From Planctomycetaceae bacterium UBA6163 (lineage in GTDB: Bacteria > Planctomycetota > Planctomycetia > Pirellulales > Pirellulaceae), in NCBI GenBank assembly GCA_002428205.1, contig DIUH01000038.1, positions 25,117-60,202 of the forward strand: a stretch of 35,086 nucleotides of DNA, written 5' to 3'. This document shows positions 11,001 through 19,919 of this stretch, in pieces. Numbering within the stretch: position 1 is the first letter of the stretch; the number at the start of each line of letters is the position of its first letter. The notes beneath the pieces are model-generated. The model was not told the origin of the DNA and did not search any database. It was given only the letters and a program-made list of their open reading frames with translations. Position numbers and translations under genes: made by a program.

Positions 11001-11109
11001 GCCCGAAGCTTTGCTGCAAAACTTGTCGGTCAACGACATTCAGAATCTGTTCGCATACCTTATGTCAACCTCACAAGTGTCGCTTGAACTTGGTACCCAA
11101 TCTGAATAG
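8044..11109 (+). CDS. PVC-type membrane-bound dehydrogenase-domain / HEAT-repeat / heme-binding CxxCH protein
   Basis: Signal peptide. N-terminal [36 protein letters not shown] (TIGR02604-like). C-terminal CSNCH..[27 protein letters not shown] (TIGR02603-like). Confidence 0.88.
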   Translation: [1021 protein letters not shown]

Positions 11110-11113
11110 TAGA

Positions 11114-12538
11114 TTAGGATTCCATGTTCGAATCGCCAGACGCACCTTTGCCGTCCTCTTCTTCGGATTCGCTGGCGGCTTGGCCCAAAATGGCTGCGGC
11201 TAGCGCGCCATCGTCGCTTGGTGGAACCCAACGCAGGTCGATTACCAGGACATCGCCATCCACGGTTGCCAGGACCGCTGGAACGCCTTCAGCCAACTGC
11301 TGGGCCCAAGAATCTGGCGACTTCGTTTGGTGTTGCAAACGCAACTGACGCGATGCGATTCGCCACGGCCCGGACGTTGTCAGCGATGCCGGATCGGAGG
11401 AAACTTGGCACGTTCGCACCGATTCATCGCCCGCGACACGTGTCGCCAATCGTTCGGCGCGGCTGCGAAGATTTTCTTCGCCGGTGTGCAGCATCGACAA
11501 AATCGGATGTACCGACGCGTGCCCGCCCGATAACGTTTCCAATGCGTGTGCCATCATGGCCGTGGTCGCTACACTTGCGCGAACGGTGCGCCAAATCACC
11601 GATTGGCCGATCGATTCAACCAATTCCTTTCGACCAATGATCAATCCGCACGTCGGTCCCCCGAGCAGACCGTCGCCCGAGACAATCACCAAATCAGCAA
11701 TCGTCTGATTCGCCTCGCCGGACAAAAACTCGGCCGCTGAGCGCAACGGGGGTTTGAACATCTCGCGCAGATCGACGTCTGATTCCGGTTTTGGGCGCAA
11801 CAGTCCGCCGCACGCCAACATCAAGACAATACGTGTCGACGGATGATCTGTCTTTGATCGAAACCAAATAGGATCGCTGCCGCCATTATCAACCGCCAAA
11901 AGGACCGCCTGGTCGGGCAACGAAGCGGCATCCGCGTCGGTAATCCCATCGACCGATCCGACTTCGTTGACATGGTCTCGCCAGTCAGCACCAGCGGACT
12001 GCGGCACGAACGCTTCGGGAATCGGCGTTCCGCTTGCCAAACGCAGCGATTGACTGCGATGCATGTAAAGCGGCTTACCGCCCCGCGTCATACCGATTGC
12101 TAGGCAGGCTGCGTCGACACTATTCGCGACCAGAATGGCCAGGTCATGGTTACCCGCACATCGATTAAGTCGCCGATGCAGTCGATCTAACGCGATCGGG
12201 GTAACAAGCGGTGGTGATGCGAGCGCTTCGGCCGCCACATCGACAGTGCCAAGCCCCACAGGCACACCTTGAATCCGCGGCTCCAACAAACTGCCGCTGG
12301 CGTTGATCACAGGAGTGACCAGTGCAGTGTGCCGACGTGCCCAGCGGTCGATCATTTCCTTGCCCACGCGTGCACCCCGCATCACCGAATCAACGCCTCG
12401 AGCCGCTGATTGGGGAAAATCGTCCAACCACTGGCCAGCCCGCTGCTTGATCTGGTCAATCCGCTCCGGTGGAACCTTATCGACCACCGAGCCCACACCG
12501 CGCATCAACGCTTCGACTGCCCATGACGGAATTGCCAT
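11114..12538 (-). CDS. SelA-like (L-seryl-tRNA(Sec) selenium transferase family) protein, predicted non-catalytic
   Basis: VINASGSLL.. aligns with SelA VINATGxVLHTNLGR. VIVSGDGLLGGPTCGLIIGRKELVESI aligns with SelA [22 protein letters not shown]. The C-terminal VDGDVLVIDLRWV aligns with SelA YDGRLWLDLRCL. The Schiff-base Lys position is Gly (codon GGT, 11669-11671). Confidence 0.7.
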   Translation of the reverse strand: MAIPSWAVEALMRGVGSVVDKVPPERIDQIKQRAGQWLDDFPQSAARGVDSVMRGARVGKEMIDRWARRHTALVTPVINASGSLLEPRIQGVPVGLGTVDVAAEALASPPLVTPIALDRLHRRLNRCAGNHDLAILVANSVDAACLAIGMTRGGKPLYMHRSQSLRLASGTPIPEAFVPQSAGADWRDHVNEVGSVDGITDADAASLPDQAVLLAVDNGGSDPIWFRSKTDHPSTRIVLMLACGGLLRPKPESDVDLREMFKPPLRSAAEFLSGEANQTIADLVIVSGDGLLGGPTCGLIIGRKELVESIGQSVIWRTVRASVATTAMMAHALETLSGGHASVHPILSMLHTGEENLRSRAERLATRVAGDESVRTCQVSSDPASLTTSGPWRIASRQLRLQHQTKSPDSWAQQLAEGVPAVLATVDGDVLVIDLRWVPPSDDGALAAAILGQAASESEEEDGKGASGDSNMES

Positions 12539-12721
12539 CGTCGTTCTCCCCCGTTAGCCTCAAAACAATTTAACTTGCCCACATTTCATTGTATTCGGTT
12601 GCAAGTTAAAGGCCGAGGCGTGGTAATGACTCGAAGATCGAATCCGAGTCGACCGCGTTGGCGTCAACTGCGGGGAAATTCTGCAGCGCTAATGGCGGCA
12701 GCGTAAGGTAAGGGGTGGCGA

Positions 12722-13132
12722 TCAATTCGGGTGTGGTTGGCTTAGAAAGTCGTTTACCGTCTTGACTTCTTTTTGAGGCGTTTTTGATCCGAAAACGCTT
12801 CCCCAGAAACCTGGTTCCGACTTCTTGGCCGACGCTTTTGATGGTCGTGGATCAGGGTCCGATATGAACATTTTGGCCGGATTTAGGACGTCTTTCGTCT
12901 TCGTCCAGCCACGTTTGGCAGATTGGTTCATCCCCGACATGACGCCCGTCGATTTCTTCTGAATTCTTGGTGGTTCCGACCAAGGCATCGTTGGCCACTT
13001 CCACTCAGTTGGGGCCAGCCAGCTAGGTACCGGTGCCCCGAACCCGGACTTGGGCGGGTCTGCAAAAGCGGGCGATGCGATACCGAGGGCCAGAAAAATG
13101 GTGATCAATCGAAAGATTTTTGACAGGTTCAT
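12722..13132 (-). CDS. Small secreted W/P/K-rich protein (hypothetical)
   Basis: The internal ATG at 13132 gives the signal peptide MNLSKIFRLITIFLALGIASPAFA. The rest looks disordered. No family recognised. Confidence 0.5.
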   Translation of the reverse strand: MNLSKIFRLITIFLALGIASPAFADPPKSGFGAPVPSWLAPTEWKWPTMPWSEPPRIQKKSTGVMSGMNQSAKRGWTKTKDVLNPAKMFISDPDPRPSKASAKKSEPGFWGSVFGSKTPQKEVKTVNDFLSQPHPN

Positions 13133-13490
13133 GTTAGATTCCCGATTTTGCAGCACATATTCACTGTGCCGGTGAAATCGCAAATTTTGGGTGGACGAGT
13201 CTAGGTCACTTTTTGAAAACGCTATCGGCGCCTTTTCTAATCGCAATTTTCGATTCAGAAGCCAGCATATTCGACCAATTCAAACTGAAAACCGGCACAA
13301 TCAATCAAGTGCAAACGCTGTGGGCATGACGCAGGCGTCGCTCAGCCTGCATTGCATCGCCATGCAGGCCCATCTTCAAGATGCCGCGAAAACCTGCCCG
13401 TCCGCCGGATGTCACGCTACAGCCGCGAAGATCAGCCAGTTACCAGCTCTAAGCGGGTCTGCATATTTCTTTCGGTATAATATCTTCACG

Positions 13491-13568
13491 ACGGAAAGAG
13501 GGTCAGGCGTCAAAAACCGGAACGGCCCAAAGGGTGCTTCGCATTTTGGCGCCTGACCCCGTTTCCGT
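13491..13568. repeat. Palindromic intergenic element (25-nt imperfect arms, 28-nt loop)
   Basis: ACGGAAAGAGGGTCAGGCGTCAAAA (13491-13515) versus the reverse complement of 13544-13568, ACGGAAACGGGGTCAGGCGCCAAAA, with 3 mismatches. The loop contains GGCCCAAAGGGTGCTTCGCA. Confidence 0.7.
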
Positions 13569-13656
13569 TCGACCCAAGCGGCTTATTCCACCCAGATAAT
13601 TGCGCAGACCTGCTTAGTACGATGGATTAACCAAATGCAGGAATCTTGTCCGCGAT

Positions 13657-14442
13657 TCATGGGGCATGCCGAATAGTGTCTGACGGAGTGCTCGCCTTCT
13701 GAAACGTCTTAATACGAGCCAGTATCCACCTTAGCACCAGTGGCAAGATTCCGATGATCGCGAAAGCGAGCAATAATTGCCATGACAGGACATTGCCGAC
13801 GCCGTCAGATGCCATTTCTTGCAGGCTTGGAAATCGCGAGCCGGCATAAACGTAGGCAATCGTCGCGGGAAGCATTCCGATTTGGCTGACCCACCAGAAT
13901 GTCGCCACGTGAATGCGGGTCAAGCCCATAAGTACGTTGATCAAAAAGAAGGGGATCGCTGGCATTAAACGTAGCGAAAAAAGATAAAATGCACCTTCGC
14001 GTTGCATCGCGTCTTGCACACTTTGCAAGCGCACAGAAAGCTTTCGTTGGACCAGACCCCTGAAAAAATATCTCGTAAGCAAGAACGCAACCGTTGCGCC
14101 GGCGGTCGATCCGAGACTGACGATCAAAAGCCCCTGCCAAAAACCGAAATACCACCCGTAACCGAGCGTTAACACCGTAGCGCCAGGGATCGATAAACCA
14201 GTAACCGCTATGTAGATTAACGTCGCAAGAACCGCTGTGATCCACGGACCGTCGGTACGATACTGCCGAAGAACGGTTTCTTGCTCAGCCAGATACTCGA
14301 GCGACAATAAATCGCCGAATTTCCAGTAGAATGAAGCCACTAAGGTGATCAATAGTATGAACGTGATCAGCTTTAGCTTGCCGCGGCGATTTGCAGAGGA
14401 ATGGTTTACCGAATCGTCTTTCAGTTTCGGATCGATACTCAT
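13657..14442 (-). CDS. TVP38/TMEM64 (DedA-related) family membrane protein
   Basis: Multi-pass membrane protein with motifs GYGWYFGFWQG, GSTAGATVAFLLTRYF and RLMPAIPFFLINVLMGLT. Start chosen at the ATG (MSIDPKLKDD) at 14442. Confidence 0.8.
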   Translation of the reverse strand: MSIDPKLKDDSVNHSSANRRGKLKLITFILLITLVASFYWKFGDLLSLEYLAEQETVLRQYRTDGPWITAVLATLIYIAVTGLSIPGATVLTLGYGWYFGFWQGLLIVSLGSTAGATVAFLLTRYFFRGLVQRKLSVRLQSVQDAMQREGAFYLFSLRLMPAIPFFLINVLMGLTRIHVATFWWVSQIGMLPATIAYVYAGSRFPSLQEMASDGVGNVLSWQLLLAFAIIGILPLVLRWILARIKTFQKASTPSDTIRHAP

Positions 14443-15669
14443 GTTAGATTTTCCAGAAACGAATGTGATTCGATTGATATCTTTTCGAAATGGTACCACC
14501 AAAAAGGCAATTGACCACCGCCAGCGACAAATCGACCCGCTTTTTCATTGTGTCGACCCGTTAACGAATGGCCGAATTTTATTCGGCACAAAAATTGTCT
14601 TGTCAATTGCGCTTTTGGCGTTGATCTTACTGCGAAAAAAGCTGCGATTGTTTGGATTGCCAAGGCATGTTTGCTTTGCCCAAACACTAATGAACCCCGC
14701 CATAGGAAGCCTTGCTTTCAGTCGCCCCATCGACTTTCACTGATTCACGCCACCTTCGTTGAGTATCAATTGGGTGACGCCCCGAAGGTTGTTATCCGGT
14801 GGTCGTAATTCTGTTGTGTACCTGCTAAACGCATCTTGAATCATCGAACGGTCAATCGAAGACGTCGCTGACTAAAAATTCGAGCGGCAAAGTTTCTCAT
14901 GTGATCCGGTTCATTTATGTACATTGGCAGGATCGTTTTCTGTCCGTAACGATGGCCCGAAAATGAATTAAACTTGCATCATCGGTTGCTGCTTTGTAAG
15001 CATGTGGCGGGGTAGTTATCAGGCGGTACGCAGACTTGGCATTTCTCGGCACCTTCGATCGGGCGTCCTTGGCTGAATACCCACTGTCAGATCGATCCTC
15101 CGAATGGGCAGCGCGGACAGGCCGGCGTTCCGCAAAGCTGATAACGCCGAACTAGTCGAATAATCGCGTTTCGCGCGCCAATTGCGATAATTGCTGCTGC
15201 GCAACGAAGATCGGTTCTGTCGCGGTTTGGTGGCTTTGGTGCGTGACTGGCGCGTAACCGATCTGTGGGTTATAATCACCAGCGACGGGAATTGTGGTGG
15301 CCGGGGTGCCTGCGTTTGGGGCCATGCGGACTCGTGTTTAAGCGAATAGGTTTTTTCAGAATGGAGTACCGGACCAGCGTACCGCCGATCGTTGAAGAAG
15401 ACGAACTGGGGTGTGGGCCGATAGGTTGTTTCAAAAGTTTAATAATCCCGTTTGTCAATCCATAGCTTGGTTCAGGTCTTTGATGTTTTCGGTATTCATT
15501 AGCAGAATATTTCGTTTTTTCTCGACTGTTTTTTGTGGTGACCAGCACCGTCGCATTTGTTGACTGCCGCGGGGAGTGTCCGACAGTTGTTTTTGTTTCT
15601 TGTTTCGCGTTCGCTATGTAGCGGCGGGTGGGGTATCCTTTATTAGGTTCTATGGAATAGGAAAATTGC

Positions 15670-17421
15670 ATGAGATACGCGATTCTGATTTTGTTGTTTT
15701 TTGCATCGCAAACGCAGGCAGCCCTTTGGCCGCTGGACAACGCGGCAGACAACCTAATAGTGCGAGGGTCTGCGAGAATTGCCTCCGGGGCAGTCGGGCA
15801 GAGCTTAGTGCTCGACGGTGAGTCGCTGATTGAACTTAAAGGTAGCGCGAAACTCGCTAGCGATGCGTTCACCGTTTCAATGTGGTTCAATCCGTACGAT
15901 CTTGCTGGTGGCCAGCAGATGCTCGCTGGCAAGAACCGTTACTCACAGAACGATCGCCAGTGGAGCGTAACCATTGAGCCCGATGGAAAACTGAAAGCGC
16001 ATTTGCATCAGAATGGTTGGGTTACGATTACATGCGACCGGTCGCTTGCTGTCGGAACATGGTATTTCGTAACTTTGGTTGTTGATACGGATAAGGCAAC
16101 ACTTTTTTTGAATGGTAAGCAGGTCGGCCAGGTGGCACTGAAGACGCCAATCGCCAGCACAGAGGCGGCGATCACATTGGGTGGTATCTGGGATGCGGGA
16201 TCAGTTCGTCAAGCCTTTCACGGTGCCGTGGACGAGTTCGCATATCAGCGGCGGGTGTGGAGCAAAGAGGAGATTGCTGCGGCGTACCACCCCGCTTCGG
16301 GAACTCATGACGTTCCACAACTGACAACCGCTTTTCCGCTTTGGGACGATACTCAGGAGTTGCCAAACGCTGCCGAATTGTCACAGGTTAAGAACGTGGA
16401 GTTTTATGTTATCAAGCGGCAGCGCCCAGATTTTGATGGTTGCAACTTCACGCTCGGCGTCGGTCTTGCTTGGCACAAGGGGAAACTTTACGCGTCCTAC
16501 GGTTACAACAAAGGTGAAGAGAACACATCCACCGAAGAAGCGCATGTCCGAGTAAGTGAAGATGGGGGCAGGACGTGGCAGACGCCCACTGTGATGGACT
16601 CCGGTGAGGGCGGACTTGCGGTCAGCCATGGCGTTTTTCTTTCGCACGGCGACAAATTGTGGGCCTTCATGGGTGCCTTTTATGATCACGCCAATCTCTA
16701 CCATCGCGTTCATGCCCGTGCCTACTTGTTGAACGAACGCTCCGGACAATGGGAGCCGAAAGGGAGTGTCGTAGAAGATGGGTTTTGGCCGATGCAGGAA
16801 CCGTTAAAGATGGCAGATGGAAATTGGATCATGGCCGGTTTCCGAATCGGGGGCCAGTTCGGTCAGCCTGGCAACTTGCCCGCCGTCGCAATCAGTCAAG
16901 GCGATGATTTCACGAAATGGGATCTGGTGGTTATTCCTGCGGCACCCGGGCTCGGAAATCTTTGGGGCGAATCGACGGTTATTGTCCAAGATGATCAAAT
17001 CCTCAATATCGCCCGCTACGGCAAGAAGGCCCTTGCGCTGGTCTCGACCAGCAAAGATAACGGCCGCACCTGGACCCCTTCCGCGCGATCGAATCTGGCG
17101 ATGGCCACCAGCAAGCCTTACGCGGGGACCTTGAGTACCGGCCAACGATATCTTGTCTGCACGACGACGGCAGACACCGGTGACAAACGCTCGCCGCTTA
17201 CCATCGCCCTCAGTAGGCCCGATGAATCGGTATTCAGCAAAGTCTTTCTCATTCGTAATTCGGTGTATGCCGGGACGCCAGGAGTTTCCGACCCCAAAGC
17301 TGACTTCAGCTACCCATATGCCGTCGAGCACGAAGGAAAACTCTACGTCGGTTACACTCATAAAAGCCACGTTGCGAACGAACTGGCAATCATCCCGATC
17401 GACCAATTATCGTTCGATTAA
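15670..17421 (+). CDS. Secreted LamG (concanavalin-A-like) domain + BNR/sialidase-like beta-propeller protein
   Basis: Signal peptide MRYAILILLFFASQTQA. The LamG-type N-terminal module contains FTVSMWFNP..WYFVTLVVD..LFLNGKQVG..VDEFAYQRRVWS. Two Asp-box motifs are present (SEDGGRTW, SKDNGRTW). Confidence 0.8.
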   Translation: MRYAILILLFFASQTQAALWPLDNAADNLIVRGSARIASGAVGQSLVLDGESLIELKGSAKLASDAFTVSMWFNPYDLAGGQQMLAGKNRYSQNDRQWSVTIEPDGKLKAHLHQNGWVTITCDRSLAVGTWYFVTLVVDTDKATLFLNGKQVGQVALKTPIASTEAAITLGGIWDAGSVRQAFHGAVDEFAYQRRVWSKEEIAAAYHPASGTHDVPQLTTAFPLWDDTQELPNAAELSQVKNVEFYVIKRQRPDFDGCNFTLGVGLAWHKGKLYASYGYNKGEENTSTEEAHVRVSEDGGRTWQTPTVMDSGEGGLAVSHGVFLSHGDKLWAFMGAFYDHANLYHRVHARAYLLNERSGQWEPKGSVVEDGFWPMQEPLKMADGNWIMAGFRIGGQFGQPGNLPAVAISQGDDFTKWDLVVIPAAPGLGNLWGESTVIVQDDQILNIARYGKKALALVSTSKDNGRTWTPSARSNLAMATSKPYAGTLSTGQRYLVCTTTADTGDKRSPLTIALSRPDESVFSKVFLIRNSVYAGTPGVSDPKADFSYPYAVEHEGKLYVGYTHKSHVANELAIIPIDQLSFD

Positions 17422-17489
17422 GAACCTATCGGAAAACCGCCAGCCGACGGAGCTAGCCGCTGGCCCTGCTGCGGTTTTCCGACAGACTC
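17422..17489. repeat. REP-like palindromic element, copy A, abutting the stop codon of the sialidase-like gene
   Basis: GAACCTATCGGAAAACCGCCAGCCGACGGAGCTAGCCGCTGGCCCTGCTGCGGTTTTCCGACAGACTC. It aligns along its full length with copy B at 19919-19986. Outer arms are CGGAAAACCGC/GCGGTTTTCCG and the inner stem is CCAGC/GCTGG. Confidence 0.75.
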
Positions 17490-17510
17490 TTGATCGAAAC
17501 CGTTTCAATC

Positions 17511-18273
17511 ATGCCACCCGACGCTAATGCGGAAATCTACGAATGCGAGAAGTGCAACGGCAAAGATTCTCCGCAGCGAACGCGAACTGCTGAGCGATCA
17601 TGTTTTGGGGTACGTTAATAGCGTGACCAAGGAGATTGCCAAGAGCAATCCGCAGGCCAAAGTACTAGGCTCTGTTTGAAAGGATGACGAAGCGTTGGCG
17701 TTGTTTGAACAGGCAAAGCGGCAAGTCGAAACGACCGGTAATTATGGGAAACGGGTTGGTTTGATCGATGACTGTCTGAAAGGATAGTGGATGAAGTCAC
17801 AGCAGTTTGGCCAGAAACGCGGTCCGGCGCGTAAGTTGCGGCTGGTCGGTGACTGCCGCGATATTGTGATCGACGGCATGCTGGATGATGAATATAGGCA
17901 AACATGCCCGTCCGCAGCAATCGGCAAGTTGCGCGAGTTGCAGACCGGTCGTGCACCAACTTTCCCGACGACGTTTAAAGCTGCATGGCAAGGGAGCAAT
18001 CTCTGTTTCGCGATTCGATGTAACGAAAGTGAGAGCCCGCATTCCAGCATGCCTGGCCATTTACCGTCGCAAAATCGCGAACGCAACCTCGCCGATGACG
18101 ATGGTGCGCTAGAAGCTTACAACCTCGGCGGCGCTGGCCGAAAGCGTCTCTGCGGCGCCTACGAATACGCCGCATTGCCATCGATCGCCCGCATCCAGCC
18201 CCGTCGTGGTCGATACGACGAAACGTTGCAGACACTCGATCGCATCGGCCTTGAGAGTTTGCAGGGAACATGA
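17511..18273 (+). pseudogene. Decayed remnant of a glycan-utilisation protein (Cys-motif segment + CBM9-like module)
   Basis: ECEKCNG (17541-17561) is followed by a +1 frameshift into KILRSERELLSDHVLGYVNSVTKEIAKSNPQAKVLGSV. There are in-frame TGA (17677) and TAG (17785) stops. Next comes IVIDGMLDDE...TFKAAWQGSNLCFAIRCNES, which matches the CBM9/DOMON-like pattern. The N-terminal part is missing. The resemblance to DUF4838-type proteins is from memory. Confidence 0.4.
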
Positions 18274-18410
18274 CGCAAATCATTCGCAAAGGCGATTGAA
18301 GAGACCAGGCATGCGAAACGCGAGGCTGGGACGTGATTGCTCAAGCAATCGAACTTAACGTTCTTGCAATCGGTAAACTGATGGGAAACACGAACCGTTT
18401 GAATTGTATA

Positions 18411-19919
18411 ATGACCACGAAAACGATGATTAATTTTAGACGATGTTTTGTCCGAATCGGATTGATGATCCTTGGCGTCTCGTTAGGCGGTAAGTCCGTT
18501 GCGATGGCTGAGCAGGAAGGTACCAATCGCAAACCGAACGTTTTGTTTATCAGCATCGACGACCTATCCTGTGCGCTAGGCTGTTATGGTGACCTGATCG
18601 CGAAAACGCCCAACATCGATCGATTGGCGGCCAGTGGTGTCCGTTTTGATCGCGCTTACAACCAGCTACCGCTGTGCAATCCGACTCGAGCATCGTTGAT
18701 GACGGGCTTGAGACCCGATCAGATCAAGGTCTATGACCTCGACAGGCATTTTCGCGACGAAGTACCCGATGTCGTTACATTGCCGCAAGCCTTCCAGCAG
18801 GCGGGTTATTTTACGGCCCGAGTCGGCAAAATCTATCACTACAATGTGCCCACTGCGATTGGTACTGACGGAAATGACGATCCGGTATCCTGGCACCTAG
18901 CCGTCAATCCCAAAGGACGAGATACCGAGAATGAAGAGCGGATTCATAATGCCCAACCGGATCGTAAAATTAGCGCCGCTTTAAGTTGGTTGGCAGATGA
19001 TGGCGAGGATGGCGACCAGACGGATGGCATGATCGCGACGGAAGCCATTCGAATCCTTGAGCAGAAGCGGGATCAGCCGTTTTTCTTAGGTGTGGGTTTC
19101 TTCCGTCCACACACACCGTATGTTGCACCAAAAAAATACTTTGATTTGTATCCCGTCAGCCAGTTGCGATTGCCGTATGCTCCCGAAGGTGATCGCGATG
19201 ATATTCCGACCGCCGCATTCGCTCACAACTGTCCGGTTTCAAATTACAACCTCGACGAAGCGACTTTGTTGCAGGCAACGCAGGCGTATTATGCCTGTGT
19301 GTCTTTTGTTGACACCCAAATAGGACGTCTGCTAGATACGCTTGAACAGTTAGGGCTTGCCCACAACACGATCGTGGTGCTGTGGAGTGACCACGGTTAT
19401 CACTTGGGCGAGCATGGCGGAATCTGGCAAAAGCGGACATTGTTCGAACAAGCGACGCGTGCGCCCCTGATCATTTGGGCTCCGGGACGTACTGGCAACG
19501 GGTCGGATTGTCGCCGAATCGTTGAATTTGTCGACATCTACCCGACGCTTGCTCAACTGGCCGGTATCGACGCTCCGGTCAACCTTGCAGGCCGCGACTT
19601 AACACCGTTGTTGGATGATCCGCTCGGTGATTGGAATGGATATGCGGTTACCCAGATCCTGCGCCCGGCTGACGACCGCCTGGGACAACCGGTAATGGGA
19701 CGCAGCATTCGAACCGAACGATATCGTTATACCGAGTGGGGTGAGGGAACCCTTGGTGTTGAAATGTATGATCACCAGACCGATCCGTCGGAGTTTCATA
19801 ATTTGGCGATCGAGCCAGACGAGAGAGCCGTAGAGGTGATCGAACGACTGCGGCCGCTTCTGCACGCCAAGGCGTCCGGCGTCGTTCCCACGACACCGTT
19901 TAATCCGGCAAGACTTTAG
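18411..19919 (+). CDS. Cys-type sulfatase (iduronate-2-sulfatase-like), exported
   Basis: [10 protein letters not shown], formylglycine motif [12 protein letters not shown] (CxPxR), and [14 protein letters not shown]. Start set at ATG 18411, which gives a signal-like [27 protein letters not shown]. In-frame starts at 18333 and 18381 are also possible. Confidence 0.9.
   Translation: MTTKTMINFRRCFVRIGLMILGVSLGGKSVAMAEQEGTNRKPNVLFISIDDLSCALGCYGDLIAKTPNIDRLAASGVRFDRAYNQLPLCNPTRASLMTGLRPDQIKVYDLDRHFRDEVPDVVTLPQAFQQAGYFTARVGKIYHYNVPTAIGTDGNDDPVSWHLAVNPKGRDTENEERIHNAQPDRKISAALSWLADDGEDGDQTDGMIATEAIRILEQKRDQPFFLGVGFFRPHTPYVAPKKYFDLYPVSQLRLPYAPEGDRDDIPTAAFAHNCPVSNYNLDEATLLQATQAYYACVSFVDTQIGRLLDTLEQLGLAHNTIVVLWSDHGYHLGEHGGIWQKRTLFEQATRAPLIIWAPGRTGNGSDCRRIVEFVDIYPTLAQLAGIDAPVNLAGRDLTPLLDDPLGDWNGYAVTQILRPADDRLGQPVMGRSIRTERYRYTEWGEGTLGVEMYDHQTDPSEFHNLAIEPDERAVEVIERLRPLLHAKASGVVPTTPFNPARL

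Noticed and set aside
15276-15932. 218-aa minus-strand ORF
   Set aside because: It is low-complexity and Ser/Pro/Arg-rich, has no motifs, and overlaps the well-supported signal peptide and start of the sialidase-like gene on the opposite strand.
16804-17406. 200-aa ORF antisense to the sialidase-like gene (and similar antisense ORFs inside cheA, cheB, the MCP gene and the 8044-11109 gene)
   Set aside because: They lie entirely within strongly supported genes on the other strand and have no motifs. They are shadow ORFs.
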